63,545 bases of DNA, taken from positions 1 to 63,545 of the IMG/VR virus record IMGVR_UViG_3300010155_000006, one strand, 5' to 3'. Shown piece by piece: positions 19,322 to 29,277 of this stretch. Each line of letters opens with the position of its first letter. The first letter of the stretch is position 1. The DNA comes from a virus. Its lineage: Duplodnaviria > Caudoviricetes. Both the position numbers and the translations under genes were made by a program. Below the pieces are notes generated by a model. It was not told where the DNA came from. It saw only the letters and a program-made list of their open reading frames with translations, and searched no databases.

Positions 19322-19350
19322 GGGAAGTGGGTTGACTTCCCTATTTTTTT
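19322..19350 (+). terminator. Rho-independent terminator ending the tail/hub unit
   Basis: GGGAAGT-gggttg-ACTTCCC followed by TATTTTTTT. Confidence 0.7.
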
Positions 19351-19362
19351 GTGTTACTTTTG
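19332..19362 (+). promoter_or_regulatory. Putative host-RNAP promoter for the replication block (TTGACT-N17-TACTTTTG)
   Basis: Downstream element fits the Bacteroidota -7 consensus TAnnTTTG; 35 bp upstream of the SSB start. Confidence 0.55.
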
Positions 19363-19397
19363 GGTATTAAAAACATTTTAAATTAAAAAATATAATT

Positions 19398-20252
19398 ATG
19401 AGCACTTTAGATGCAGTTTTAAAACAATACGAACAAAATCAAGTTAACGGTAGCTCTACAAATAATATTAGTAGAGAAGAAAGATTAAAAAAATATTTTG
19501 CTACCTTTTTACCGAAAGGTGAAACAGAGGGGGAAAAAATTATACGCATATTACCCACTATAGATGGGAGTTCCCCATTTAAAGAAGTCTATTATCATGA
19601 AGTACAGATAGATGGAAAATGGACTAAATTATTAGACCCCGGTAAAAATGGTGATGGTACACCTACAGGTGAAAGAAGTCCGTTAAATGAAGTTGAAGAA
19701 GCTTTAAAAATGACAGGCAATGAGAAAGATAAAGAAATTGCAAGACAATATAGGTCTAAAAAATTCTATATTGTAAAAGTTATTGATAGAGAAAACGAGG
19801 AAGATGGTGTGAAATTTTGGAGATTTAAGTGGAACTATAAAGGTGACGGTGTTATCGATAAAATAATTCCCATTTTTCAAAAAAGAGGTGACATCACCGA
19901 TACAAAAGAAGGTAGAGATTTAACTTTAGTTCTTAAATCAGTTCCCCTTCCTAGTGGAAAAGGAACTTACACCGTAGTTTCTATGGTAATGGCTGAAGAC
20001 CCAAGTACACTTACTTCAGATAAAGCTAACCTTAAAGAATGGACTGAAAATACTGAGACATGGCAAGATGTGTACGCCAAAAAACCAGTTGAGTATTTAG
20101 AAGCAATTGCTAGAGGTGAAACTCCAGTGTGGGATAGTCAATTAAAGAAGTATGTTTACACTGATTCAACAGAAACAGTTACCGTAGATGGTGGTGGTAC
20201 TGTTGTAGACCCACAAAAAGATTCCCCAACAGACAACGATTTACCATTTTAA
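19398..20252 (+). CDS. Single-stranded DNA-binding protein (T4 gp32-like)
   Basis: 'IRILP', 'PFKEVYYH', 'VKVIDRE', 'DITDTKEGRDL', acidic tail ending 'DNDLPF'. Confidence 0.8.
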   Translation: MSTLDAVLKQYEQNQVNGSSTNNISREERLKKYFATFLPKGETEGEKIIRILPTIDGSSPFKEVYYHEVQIDGKWTKLLDPGKNGDGTPTGERSPLNEVEEALKMTGNEKDKEIARQYRSKKFYIVKVIDRENEEDGVKFWRFKWNYKGDGVIDKIIPIFQKRGDITDTKEGRDLTLVLKSVPLPSGKGTYTVVSMVMAEDPSTLTSDKANLKEWTENTETWQDVYAKKPVEYLEAIARGETPVWDSQLKKYVYTDSTETVTVDGGGTVVDPQKDSPTDNDLPF

Positions 20253-20264
20253 TAACGAGTAGTT

Positions 20265-21275
20265 ATGGCTATAAAGAAGAAAAACTTTAAAGACATTAAA
20301 GCAAAATTTTCCAAAAAAGCCTCCTTCAAACCAGACAGATTTTTTGATTTGGGGGAAGCTTTTTTAGATGCTACAGGCATTCCCGGTCCAGCGATGGGAC
20401 ATATCAATATGTTTTTAGGACATACCGATACTGGAAAAACCACCGCATTAGTTAAAACTGCAAGTGATGCTCAAAAGAAAGGAATTCTTCCTGTTTTTAT
20501 TATAACTGAACAAAAATGGGATTTTAGTCATGCCAAATTATTGGGTCTAGAATGTGAAGAAAGTGTAGATAAAGAGACTGGTGAAATAGAGTGGGACGGA
20601 TTTTTTCTATTTAATAACGATTTTCATTATATAGAACAAATTACCGATTATATTAATGAACTAATAGACGCACAAGATAAGGGTGAGGTGGATTATGATT
20701 TATTATTTCTGTGGGATTCAGTTGGGTCAGTTCCGTGTAAAATGACTTTTGATGGTAAGGGTGGTAAAATGCATAATGCGAGTACATTAGCTGATAAAAT
20801 TGGCATGGGAATAAACCAACGAATTACTGGGTCCAGAAAAGACACATCAAAGTTTACAAATACCTTATTGATTGTTAACCAACCTTGGGTAGAGTTACCA
20901 GATAATCCTTTTGGGCAACCTAAAATAAAGGCTAAAGGTGGAGAATCATTATGGTTAAATTCTACTTTAGTATTTTTATTTGGGAATCAAAAAAATGCTG
21001 GAATAACAAAAATAACTGCTACCAAAGATAAACGTAAAGTTAAATTTGCAAGCCGTACAAAGGTATCAATTTTAAAGAATCATGTTAATGGTTTGGGATA
21101 TGAAGATGGTAAAATTATGGTTACACCACACGGGTTTTTAAAAGGGAAAGACCAAACCGAAGAAAAAAAATCAATTGAAATATATAAAGAAGAAAACGCA
21201 ACCTATTGGAAAGAAATTATTGGTTCTGATGGTGATTACAACTTAGCAGTAGAAGATACTGGTGAATTATTTTAA
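20265..21275 (+). CDS. recA: RecA/UvsX-like recombinase
   Basis: Walker A GHTDTGKT, 'FIITEQK', 'FLWDSVGS', 'IVNQ', 'KGGESL', 'KNHV'. Confidence 0.85.
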   Translation: MAIKKKNFKDIKAKFSKKASFKPDRFFDLGEAFLDATGIPGPAMGHINMFLGHTDTGKTTALVKTASDAQKKGILPVFIITEQKWDFSHAKLLGLECEESVDKETGEIEWDGFFLFNNDFHYIEQITDYINELIDAQDKGEVDYDLLFLWDSVGSVPCKMTFDGKGGKMHNASTLADKIGMGINQRITGSRKDTSKFTNTLLIVNQPWVELPDNPFGQPKIKAKGGESLWLNSTLVFLFGNQKNAGITKITATKDKRKVKFASRTKVSILKNHVNGLGYEDGKIMVTPHGFLKGKDQTEEKKSIEIYKEENATYWKEIIGSDGDYNLAVEDTGELF

Positions 21276-21291
21276 ATTAAAAAAACAAATT

Positions 21292-21726
21292 ATGAAACAA
21301 GTAGAAAAAGGAAACAAAATAAAAGTTCATTATACCGGAACTTTAAATGACGGAAATAAGTTTGATAGTTCCCACGACAGAGGAGATACTTTAAATTTTG
21401 AAGTAGGAGCTGGTCAAATGATTAAAGGATTTGATGAAGCGGTAGTTGGAATGGAAACTGGAGAAACTAAAAAAATTAATTTAAAACCAACCGATGCTTA
21501 TGGGGATGTTAATCCTAAAGCATTGACTGAGGTTCCTACTAACTCATTTCCTACGGATTTTAATCCTAAAGTAGATGAAATGGTACAAGGAAGTACTATA
21601 GATGGTAAACCAATAATTGCCAAGGTTAAAGAATTAAAAGAATCAACAATTGTTTTAGATTTAAATCATCCCTTAGCTGGTCAAGAACTTAATTTTGAAA
21701 TAGAATTAGTAGAAATAGAAAAATAG
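21292..21726 (+). CDS. FKBP-type peptidyl-prolyl isomerase (SlyD/FkpB-like)
   Basis: 'VHYTGTLNDGNKFDSS', 'GAGQMIKGFDEAVVGM', 'AYG', 'DLNHPLAGQELNFEIELV'; ATG at 21292. Confidence 0.95.
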   Translation: MKQVEKGNKIKVHYTGTLNDGNKFDSSHDRGDTLNFEVGAGQMIKGFDEAVVGMETGETKKINLKPTDAYGDVNPKALTEVPTNSFPTDFNPKVDEMVQGSTIDGKPIIAKVKELKESTIVLDLNHPLAGQELNFEIELVEIEK

Positions 21727-21750
21727 TGTTTAACCCTTTAAAAATAAAAT

Positions 21751-22761
21751 ATGTTAAAGACATTAGTAGTCGATGGGAATAGCCTTTTACAGACAGGATT
21801 TCACGGTGTCAAAGATTTTTACCACAAAGGTAAACATTTTGGAGCTATTTTCCATTTCTTACACACTATTAAGAAACATTTAGAGAAATTTGACCATGAT
21901 AAGGTTGTAGTTTTTTGGGACGGTAAAAATAATCGTTCCCAAAGACAGGAATTTTACCCCTCCTATAAGCTCAAGAGAAAAAGTAGATTAAATAAATCCC
22001 AGACTGATGATATGTTTAGACAAAAACATAGAATCACCCAATATCTAGAAGAGTTATTTATTCGCCAAGGCGATTTTGAAGGTTGTGAAGCGGATGATTG
22101 TATTGCTTATTATTGCCAAAATTCCACCCATGAACATAAAACAATTATTACTACTGATAAAGATTTGGGTCAACTCATTTCTCAAAAAGTTAATTTATAT
22201 TTTCCTAGAGAAGACAAATTAATTACTTTCACAGACAAGATTAAAATAGGTGGACTGAGAGTTCCTATTAGTAATTTAATAATAGTTAAAACATTATTAG
22301 GCGATAAAAGTGACAATATCAAAGGAATTTCTTATTTTGGTGAAAAGTCTTTATTAAAATATTTTCCAGAAATAGAAGAAAAAGATATTACTTTAAAAAC
22401 TATTTTAAGAAAAACTAAAGAAATTGTAGAAAGTGGTAATAAAGAAAAAGGAATAAAAAATCTAAATGAAGGAATTTCTTCCGATGGAAGAAGTGGTACT
22501 GAATTCTTTAGTATTAGTGAAAAATTGATTAATCTTGATAATGTATTCCTTCCTGATACCGTTAAAGATGAAATTATCACTTTAATAAATGAAGGATTAG
22601 ACCCAGAAGGAAGGGAGAGTGAACACATATTAAGAATGATGATGGAAGATGGGATGTTTAAGGTACTCCCACAAAAAGAAGATGGCTGGACCATTTTTTT
22701 TAAACCCTTAATTAAATTAAAGAAAAAAGAAATAAAATTTTATAACACCAAAAAAGTTTAA
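21751..22761 (+). CDS. 5'-3' exonuclease / flap endonuclease (Pol I N-terminal, T4 RNase H-like)
   Basis: 'LVVDGNSL', 'VVFWDG', 'YK..R', 'EADDCIA', 'TTDKDL', 'GDKSDNIKGI'. Confidence 0.92.
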   Translation: MLKTLVVDGNSLLQTGFHGVKDFYHKGKHFGAIFHFLHTIKKHLEKFDHDKVVVFWDGKNNRSQRQEFYPSYKLKRKSRLNKSQTDDMFRQKHRITQYLEELFIRQGDFEGCEADDCIAYYCQNSTHEHKTIITTDKDLGQLISQKVNLYFPREDKLITFTDKIKIGGLRVPISNLIIVKTLLGDKSDNIKGISYFGEKSLLKYFPEIEEKDITLKTILRKTKEIVESGNKEKGIKNLNEGISSDGRSGTEFFSISEKLINLDNVFLPDTVKDEIITLINEGLDPEGRESEHILRMMMEDGMFKVLPQKEDGWTIFFKPLIKLKKKEIKFYNTKKV

Positions 22762-22765
22762 AAAA

Positions 22766-23215
22766 ATGGAAGATAAAAAGCTTACAAAGTTTGAATTTTT
22801 AATGTCATTAGAAGACAACATTATTTGTCAACGATACTTTAATGTAAAAGGATATAAGCCTCAAAATAGGCGATGTTTTGATTTGTATGAACATTTGAAG
22901 TGGATAGAGCATGTAATTGAGGATGACTTAAAAATGAAGTCAATGGATTACTTAATGGAACAATATAATCGTTATACTAATCATGTCAATTTGTCCGACC
23001 AAGACAAAAATATACAACAAGATGAAATGTTTCATATGTATTTGAAACTTAATAATGAAATAGTAAGCCATAAAATTTTCCCTGCATGGATATACCCATC
23101 AAGGATAAGATATACTGTAGACATTAGACCTTTTATTTCAGGGTTCTTAAAAAACTTAAGTGACGTTTTGTCATCAGAAAAAGTTCAAAGAAAATACCTA
23201 GAAACAACTCTTTGA
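22766..23215 (+). CDS. Hypothetical protein
   Basis: 149-aa ORF tightly packed in the replication operon. Confidence 0.7.
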   Translation: MEDKKLTKFEFLMSLEDNIICQRYFNVKGYKPQNRRCFDLYEHLKWIEHVIEDDLKMKSMDYLMEQYNRYTNHVNLSDQDKNIQQDEMFHMYLKLNNEIVSHKIFPAWIYPSRIRYTVDIRPFISGFLKNLSDVLSSEKVQRKYLETTL

Positions 23216-23249
23216 TAGTATTTATATTATACCTAAACCAGCAAACTAT

Positions 23250-24626
23250 ATGAAGGAAAGTAAAAGTTTTGGGTACTTGGGGCATTCGTTCCAGCTCAAA
23301 TTAATGAATCAATTAATTACGGATAAAAAATTCGCTAATAATATAGTGGATGTTATAGACCCGAAGTATTTTGACAACCAATATTTTAAGTTAATTTCTC
23401 AAATGGTAAAAGAATATCATGAGAATTATGATACCCCTCCGAGCTTTGATGCGTTGGACCAATTGACACGATTAGAGGTATCCTCAGAAATGGCAAAAAG
23501 AACTATTTTTGATATGTTAGCTGATATTAGAGATTGTACATTAGAAGACCATTTATGGATTCAAGAAAAAGCTTTAAAATTCTGTAAACAACAAGAATTA
23601 AAAAAAGCAATTAATAAGGTTAATAAAATATTAGAAAAAGGAGATTTTGAATCCTATGATAGGTGTGAGGAATATATTAGAGATGCGATACAAGTAGGAG
23701 AAAATGGGGACGAATCTAGGGATGTATTTAGTGAGTTAGATGAAGTTTTAATTGATGATTTTAGACATCCTATCCCTTTAGGTATTACTGGAATAGATAA
23801 TTTAATGGATGGTGGATTAGCTAAAGGAGAAATTGGGGTTTTTCTTGCACCTACAGGGGTGGGGAAAACAACTGTTCTTACTAAAGTAGCTAATACCGCT
23901 TATAATTTAGGATTTAATGTGTTACAAATCTTTTTTGAGGATAACCCTAAAGTAATTCAACGAAAACACCTTACATGTTGGACAAAGATTCCCGCAATAG
24001 AACAAGCAAGTAGAAAGTCAGAAGTATTGAGTAAACTTAAACCATTTAGAGAGGGACGAGGTAAACTTATCTTAGAAAAATTACCATCCGATAGTATCAC
24101 TATCCCAAAAATAAAAAATAGAATTAGAAAATTAGTAGCGGAAGGTAATAAGTTTGATATGGTAGTATTAGATTATATTGATTGTATATTACCCGATAAA
24201 CATTTTAATGAAAGTTGGCAAGGTGAAGGGTTGGTAATGAGACAGTTTGAAAGTATGTGTAATGAGTTAGATGTAGTCGGTTGGACAGCCTCACAAGGTA
24301 ATCGTACTTCAATAAGTGCGGAAGTGGTAACGACAGATATGATTGGCGGGTCTATTAAAAAAGCACAGGTAGGGCATGTAATTATTACTGTAGCAAAAAC
24401 TTTACAACAAAAAGAAATGGGTCTTGCGACTATTGCTATTACTAAGTCTAGAGTAGGGAAAGATGGTATTGTTTTTCAGAATTGTACTTTTAATAATGAA
24501 ACCTTAGAAATAGATACGGAACAAGCACAAACACTATTAGATTTAGAACACCAACGAGAAGAACAGAACGCTGAAAGAGTAAGACAGGCACTTGAAAGGC
24601 GAAGACAAACAATAAATAACCAATAA
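23250..24626 (+). CDS. dnaB: Replicative DnaB-like helicase (T4 gp41-like)
   Basis: Walker A APTGVGKT, 'VLDYID', 'WTASQGNR', 'KSRVGKDG'. Confidence 0.9.
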   Translation: MKESKSFGYLGHSFQLKLMNQLITDKKFANNIVDVIDPKYFDNQYFKLISQMVKEYHENYDTPPSFDALDQLTRLEVSSEMAKRTIFDMLADIRDCTLEDHLWIQEKALKFCKQQELKKAINKVNKILEKGDFESYDRCEEYIRDAIQVGENGDESRDVFSELDEVLIDDFRHPIPLGITGIDNLMDGGLAKGEIGVFLAPTGVGKTTVLTKVANTAYNLGFNVLQIFFEDNPKVIQRKHLTCWTKIPAIEQASRKSEVLSKLKPFREGRGKLILEKLPSDSITIPKIKNRIRKLVAEGNKFDMVVLDYIDCILPDKHFNESWQGEGLVMRQFESMCNELDVVGWTASQGNRTSISAEVVTTDMIGGSIKKAQVGHVIITVAKTLQQKEMGLATIAITKSRVGKDGIVFQNCTFNNETLEIDTEQAQTLLDLEHQREEQNAERVRQALERRRQTINNQ

Positions 24627-24639
24627 TTAAAATTAACGT

Positions 24640-26547
24640 ATGGAGATTTCAAGTAAAATTTTATCAGACATTACCGTATACATGAAGTATGCAAAATATT
24701 ATCCAGAACTTAATAGAAGAGAAACGTGGGCAGAATTAGTTACACGTAATAAGAACATGCACCTCAAAAAATTTCCACACTTAAAGGAAGAAATTGAAAA
24801 GAATTATAAATTTGTCTACGATAAAAAAGTACTCCCCTCTATGAGAAGTATGCAATTTGGGGGAAAACCCATTGAGATATCCCCAAATAGAATCTATAAC
24901 TGTGCTTATATGCCTATAGACCATATCGATACCTTTAGTGAATGTATGTTTTTATTGTTAGGTGGAACAGGTGTGGGGTATTCTGTACAGAAACATCATG
25001 TGGAAAAATTACCCCCAATAAACAAACCATACCCAAAACGTAAAAGGAGATTTTTAATTGGGGATTCTATTGAAGGCTGGGCGGATTCTATTAAAGTATT
25101 GATAAAATCGTATTTAAATGGAAAAGGGTCCAGAATTGAGTTTGATTATTCGGATATTAGACCTAAAGGAGCGAGATTAGTTACTTCTGGTGGTAAAGCA
25201 CCGGGACCCCAACCATTAAAAGAATGTTTAGTTAAAATAGAAGGATTATTAAGTGAAAAAGAAGATGGAGATAAACTTTCTCCAATTGAGGTCCATGATA
25301 TTGTATGTTATATTGCGGATGCAGTTTTAGCGGGAGGTATTAGACGGGCAGCACTTATTTCTTTATTTAGTGCAGATGATACTGAAATGATAGGATGTAA
25401 GTCAGGGTCTTGGTGGGAATTAAATCCACAAAGAGGCAGGGCAAACAATTCAGTGGTATTAATGAGACATAAAATCACCAAGGAATTTTTTCTAGATGTA
25501 TGGAAACGTGTAGAGTTAAGTGGAGCGGGAGAACCAGGAATTTATTTTTCCAATGATAAAGACTGGGGAACCAATCCTTGTTGTGAAATTGCTTTACGAC
25601 CCTACCAATTTTGTAATTTATGTGAAGTAAATGTTTCAGATATTGAAACACAAGAAGACCTGAATGAACGAGTTAAGGTAGCTACATTTATAGGAACCTT
25701 ACAAGCGGGTTATACTGAATTTCATTATTTAAGAGAGGTATGGCAAGAAACTACAGAAAAAGAAGCTTTAATTGGTATTAGTATGACGGGTATAGGTTCG
25801 GGAAGTGTATTAGGATATGATATGTCAAAAGCCGCCAGTTTAGTTAAAAGAGAAAATACTAGAGTATCTAAATTACTGGATATAAATCCCGCAGCTAGAT
25901 GTACAACAGTTAAACCAGCAGGGACCACTTCATTAACATTAGGAACGTCATCAGGTATTCATGCTTGGCATAATGAGTATTATATTAGAAGAATGAGGGT
26001 AGGAAAAAATGAATCCATTTATAATTATTTGGTAACTTACCACCCGGAGTTAATAGAAGATGAATATTTTAGGCCACACGATACTGCAGTTATTTCTGTA
26101 CCCCAAAAAGCACCAGAAGGTGCAATTATGAGAACCGAATCTCCATTTCAGTTACTAGAAAGAGTTAAAAAAGTATCCAAAGGGTGGGTTAAAGCAGGAC
26201 ATCGAAAGGGTTCTAACACCCACAATGTATCTGCTACAGTTTCACTCGAAGAAGCAGATTGGGAATTAGCTGGAGAATGGATGTGGGAAAATAGAGAATA
26301 TTATAATGGGTTATCTGTCTTACCTTACAATGGAGGTTCCTATAAACAAGCTCCTTTTGAGGACTGCACTAAAGAAACTTATGAAAAGATGTTAAAAAGT
26401 TTAACGGAGGTTGACTTAACAAAAATTATAGAGTTAGACGATAACACTAACTTAACAGGAGAACTTGCATGTGCGGGAGGACAATGTGAAATAGATGTAG
26501 GTGCCACCTATATTAAAAAAAATAAAGAAATTAGTGAAATTACATAA
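24640..26547 (+). CDS. nrdJ: Class II (adenosylcobalamin-dependent) ribonucleotide reductase, monomeric RTPR-like
   Basis: 'PSMR', 'NCAY', 'GGIRRAA', 'TNPCCEI', 'TTVKPAGT', C-terminal 'CAGGQC'; no beta-subunit gene adjacent. Confidence 0.85.
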   Translation: MEISSKILSDITVYMKYAKYYPELNRRETWAELVTRNKNMHLKKFPHLKEEIEKNYKFVYDKKVLPSMRSMQFGGKPIEISPNRIYNCAYMPIDHIDTFSECMFLLLGGTGVGYSVQKHHVEKLPPINKPYPKRKRRFLIGDSIEGWADSIKVLIKSYLNGKGSRIEFDYSDIRPKGARLVTSGGKAPGPQPLKECLVKIEGLLSEKEDGDKLSPIEVHDIVCYIADAVLAGGIRRAALISLFSADDTEMIGCKSGSWWELNPQRGRANNSVVLMRHKITKEFFLDVWKRVELSGAGEPGIYFSNDKDWGTNPCCEIALRPYQFCNLCEVNVSDIETQEDLNERVKVATFIGTLQAGYTEFHYLREVWQETTEKEALIGISMTGIGSGSVLGYDMSKAASLVKRENTRVSKLLDINPAARCTTVKPAGTTSLTLGTSSGIHAWHNEYYIRRMRVGKNESIYNYLVTYHPELIEDEYFRPHDTAVISVPQKAPEGAIMRTESPFQLLERVKKVSKGWVKAGHRKGSNTHNVSATVSLEEADWELAGEWMWENREYYNGLSVLPYNGGSYKQAPFEDCTKETYEKMLKSLTEVDLTKIIELDDNTNLTGELACAGGQCEIDVGATYIKKNKEISEIT

Positions 26548-26710
26548 AGTAAGTAAGGAGATATTATATCATTTCCAATGCGGAGAATGTACTAAATGGT
26601 GGACTATTGCGGACCACCATTTATTATTAGAGGATACCGATAATTGGGTTAGTTGTCCACATTGTGGACAGAGACATAAAACAATAGAAAAGAGTGAGGA
26701 GTTACGATGA
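26534..26710 (+). CDS. Small zinc-ribbon protein
   Basis: CGEC...CPHCG; GTG at 26534 overlaps the end of RNR; ATGA overlap with next gene. Confidence 0.6.
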   Translation: MKLHKVSKEILYHFQCGECTKWWTIADHHLLLEDTDNWVSCPHCGQRHKTIEKSEELR

Positions 26711-26928
26711 TAGTAACCTTAGATTTACATGGTTATAAAATCACTCAAACTACCAATATTATAGATAGTTTTATTTCTGACCAACTTTTATTTGGGATTA
26801 AAAAAATAGAAATAATTACTGGAGATAGTAAAGACATAAAAAGTGTCGTTAAAAAAGTGGTAAAAAATTATGGGTTACAGTGTAAAGAACACCTATACAA
26901 TAAACAAGTTTTAACAATACTATTTTAG
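26707..26928 (+). CDS. Stand-alone Smr-domain protein
   Basis: 'LDLHG' and 'IEIITG' Smr motifs. Confidence 0.7.
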   Translation: MIVTLDLHGYKITQTTNIIDSFISDQLLFGIKKIEIITGDSKDIKSVVKKVVKNYGLQCKEHLYNKQVLTILF

Positions 26929-26963
26929 ATTCTAAGTTAGAAGTATTTATAAAGAAAACAATT

Positions 26964-27422
26964 ATGCCCGAGTTTGGAACATATGGGATAGATTTTCCTT
27001 TTCAAGATAGTGACTTAGGATATTATTTACAATTAACGGAAACTCCAGAAGAAGAAATTAAAGCCAATTTAATTCATCTTTTACTGACGAGAAAAGGCAC
27101 TAGATATTTTTTACCAGATTTTGGTACTCGACTTTATGAATATATATTTGAGCCGTTAGATGCACCCACTTTTGATTCTATTGAGGCAGAAATTAGAGAA
27201 CAGGTGGATAAATATATCCCTAACTTAAAATTAAACACTGTTACCGTAACCCCAGCGTTAGATACCGAAGACTCACCCGGTACGATTGTAGCGGAAAATG
27301 ACCCTAGAGTATATAGGATAGCGGGAGAGGGAACAAAAGAACATACGGCTAAGGTGAGGTTAGATTATACCATAACTAGTAACGCATTTGAAACTAGAGA
27401 TTTTATTATAATTAATTTATAA
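26964..27422 (+). CDS. Baseplate wedge protein gp25/GpW-like
   Basis: 'IKANLIHLLLTRKGTRYFLPDFGTRLYEYIFEP'. Confidence 0.92.
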   Translation: MPEFGTYGIDFPFQDSDLGYYLQLTETPEEEIKANLIHLLLTRKGTRYFLPDFGTRLYEYIFEPLDAPTFDSIEAEIREQVDKYIPNLKLNTVTVTPALDTEDSPGTIVAENDPRVYRIAGEGTKEHTAKVRLDYTITSNAFETRDFIIINL

Positions 27423-27423
27423 C

Positions 27424-29277
27424 GTGGCAAGTAACAAAATATCATACACTGAAAGAGATTTCGTAGGAATTAGGAGTGAACTTCTAAACTATGTACAACA
27501 ACAATATCCGGAGTTAATCCAAAACGCAAATGACGCTTCTATTTTTTCTGTATTTCTAGATTTAAATGCGGCAGTCGCTGATAACCTTCATTACCATATT
27601 GACCGTAGTCTACAAGAGACTGTCCTACAATTTGCAAATCAAAAATCTTCCCTTTATAATATTGCAAGGACTTATGGACTTAAAATACCGGGAAATCGTC
27701 CTTCAGTTTCTGTCTGTGATTTTACTACTACGGTTCCTGTAGCTCAAGTGTCAGGTGGAGGAGATAAAGAAGATGTACGTTATTTAGGGGTTTTACAACG
27801 TGGAACCCAAGTACGTGGTGGTGGACAAGTATTTGAAAATATATACGATATAGATTTTGCTCTACCTTTTGATTCTACGGGAGCACCGAATAGAACTAAA
27901 ATACCTAATTTTGATTCCAATGGAACAGTAGTAAGTTATAATATAACTAAACGAGAAGTGGTGGTTAATGGAATTACCAAAGTATTTAAACGTGTAATAA
28001 CCGATACTGATATCTTACCATTTTTAAAAGTATTTTTACCTGAAAAAAATGTATTGGGGATTACCGCTGTAATTCAAAAAGATGGTACTAACATACAATC
28101 TATTCCTAAAGCTAGTGAGTTTATATCTTCTGCAAATCAATGGTATGAAGTAGACGCTTTAGCAGAAGATAAAGTTTTTGTTATAGATACCACTAAAAAA
28201 TCAGACCTACCCGGCATAAAAGTAGGAAAATGGGAGATAGTGAATCAGCGATTTATTACTGAATATACCCCAGAAGGATTTTTCTTTTTAACTTTAGGTG
28301 GTGGAACTAGCACTTCCCAAGACAGTTTAGATGACCTCACTACGGAAGGATTCTCCATGGATTTAAGTAGATATATGAATAATATTTCATTGGGTACAAC
28401 ACCTAAGTCAAATACCACTCTTTTTATTCAGTATAGAGTAGGTGGTGGTAAAGCGACTAATATTGGCCCTAATTCTATTAATAGTTTTGGAACTATAGTT
28501 TTTGTAATTAATGGTCCTAATTCTAATATTAATACTTCGGTAGAAAATTCCTTACAGGTTAATAATGTGACTGCTGCAATAGGAGGTTCTAACCAACCTA
28601 CAGTAGAGGAAATAAGAAATTATGTGGGATTTAATTTTTCTGCCCAAAAACGTGCCGTCACTATTACTGATTATAAATCATTAATTGATGGAATGCCAGG
28701 CATTTTTGGGGCACCAGCAAAATGTGGAATTATAGAAGAAGAAAATAAGATATTAGTAAATCTCTTATCATACGCGAGTGATGGCACATTAACTTCACAA
28801 GTAAGTAGCACCCTTATGCATAATATTGCAGAATATTTATCAGATTATAGGATGTTAAACGATTATATTTTAACACAACCAGCACAAGTAATTGATTTAG
28901 CGGTGGAAATAGACCTATTAGTTCAACCCTCTTTTAATCAAGGAGAATTAGTGGCAAATATAATTAATACAGTAAGTGATTTCTTTTCTCCCAATAATAA
29001 GGAAATGGGGCAAGACGTATATGTAGGAGAACTAGTTAAAGTAGTTTCACTTCAAGATGGAGTAACTAATTTAATTAATTTAAGAATATACAATAAAGTG
29101 GGTGGTCGTTATTCTAGTAATGAAGTATCACAAAGATATCTAGATGACAATACTAAACAAATTGAATTGATTGATGGTATTATTTTTTCACAACCTAACC
29201 AATCTTTTCAGATTAAATTCCCTAATAAAGATATTGTAATTAGAATTAAATCAACTGACCAAACTAGAATCTCTTAA
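27424..29277 (+). CDS. Baseplate wedge protein gp6 / baseplate J-like
   Basis: 'RDFVGIRSEL', 'SLYNIARTYG', 'YRVGGG...N', 'GGSNQPTVEEIR', 'QKRAVTITDY'; GTG start. Confidence 0.88.
   Translation: MASNKISYTERDFVGIRSELLNYVQQQYPELIQNANDASIFSVFLDLNAAVADNLHYHIDRSLQETVLQFANQKSSLYNIARTYGLKIPGNRPSVSVCDFTTTVPVAQVSGGGDKEDVRYLGVLQRGTQVRGGGQVFENIYDIDFALPFDSTGAPNRTKIPNFDSNGTVVSYNITKREVVVNGITKVFKRVITDTDILPFLKVFLPEKNVLGITAVIQKDGTNIQSIPKASEFISSANQWYEVDALAEDKVFVIDTTKKSDLPGIKVGKWEIVNQRFITEYTPEGFFFLTLGGGTSTSQDSLDDLTTEGFSMDLSRYMNNISLGTTPKSNTTLFIQYRVGGGKATNIGPNSINSFGTIVFVINGPNSNINTSVENSLQVNNVTAAIGGSNQPTVEEIRNYVGFNFSAQKRAVTITDYKSLIDGMPGIFGAPAKCGIIEEENKILVNLLSYASDGTLTSQVSSTLMHNIAEYLSDYRMLNDYILTQPAQVIDLAVEIDLLVQPSFNQGELVANIINTVSDFFSPNNKEMGQDVYVGELVKVVSLQDGVTNLINLRIYNKVGGRYSSNEVSQRYLDDNTKQIELIDGIIFSQPNQSFQIKFPNKDIVIRIKSTDQTRIS

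Noticed and set aside
20265-26547. Inteins or introns in RecA, helicase or RNR
   Set aside because: Lengths are normal and no splice-junction or homing-endonuclease motifs were seen
1719-29277. Bacterial extracellular contractile injection system, T6SS or tailocin locus
   Set aside because: Interleaved T4-like replication genes and the absence of cellular housekeeping context indicate a phage genome
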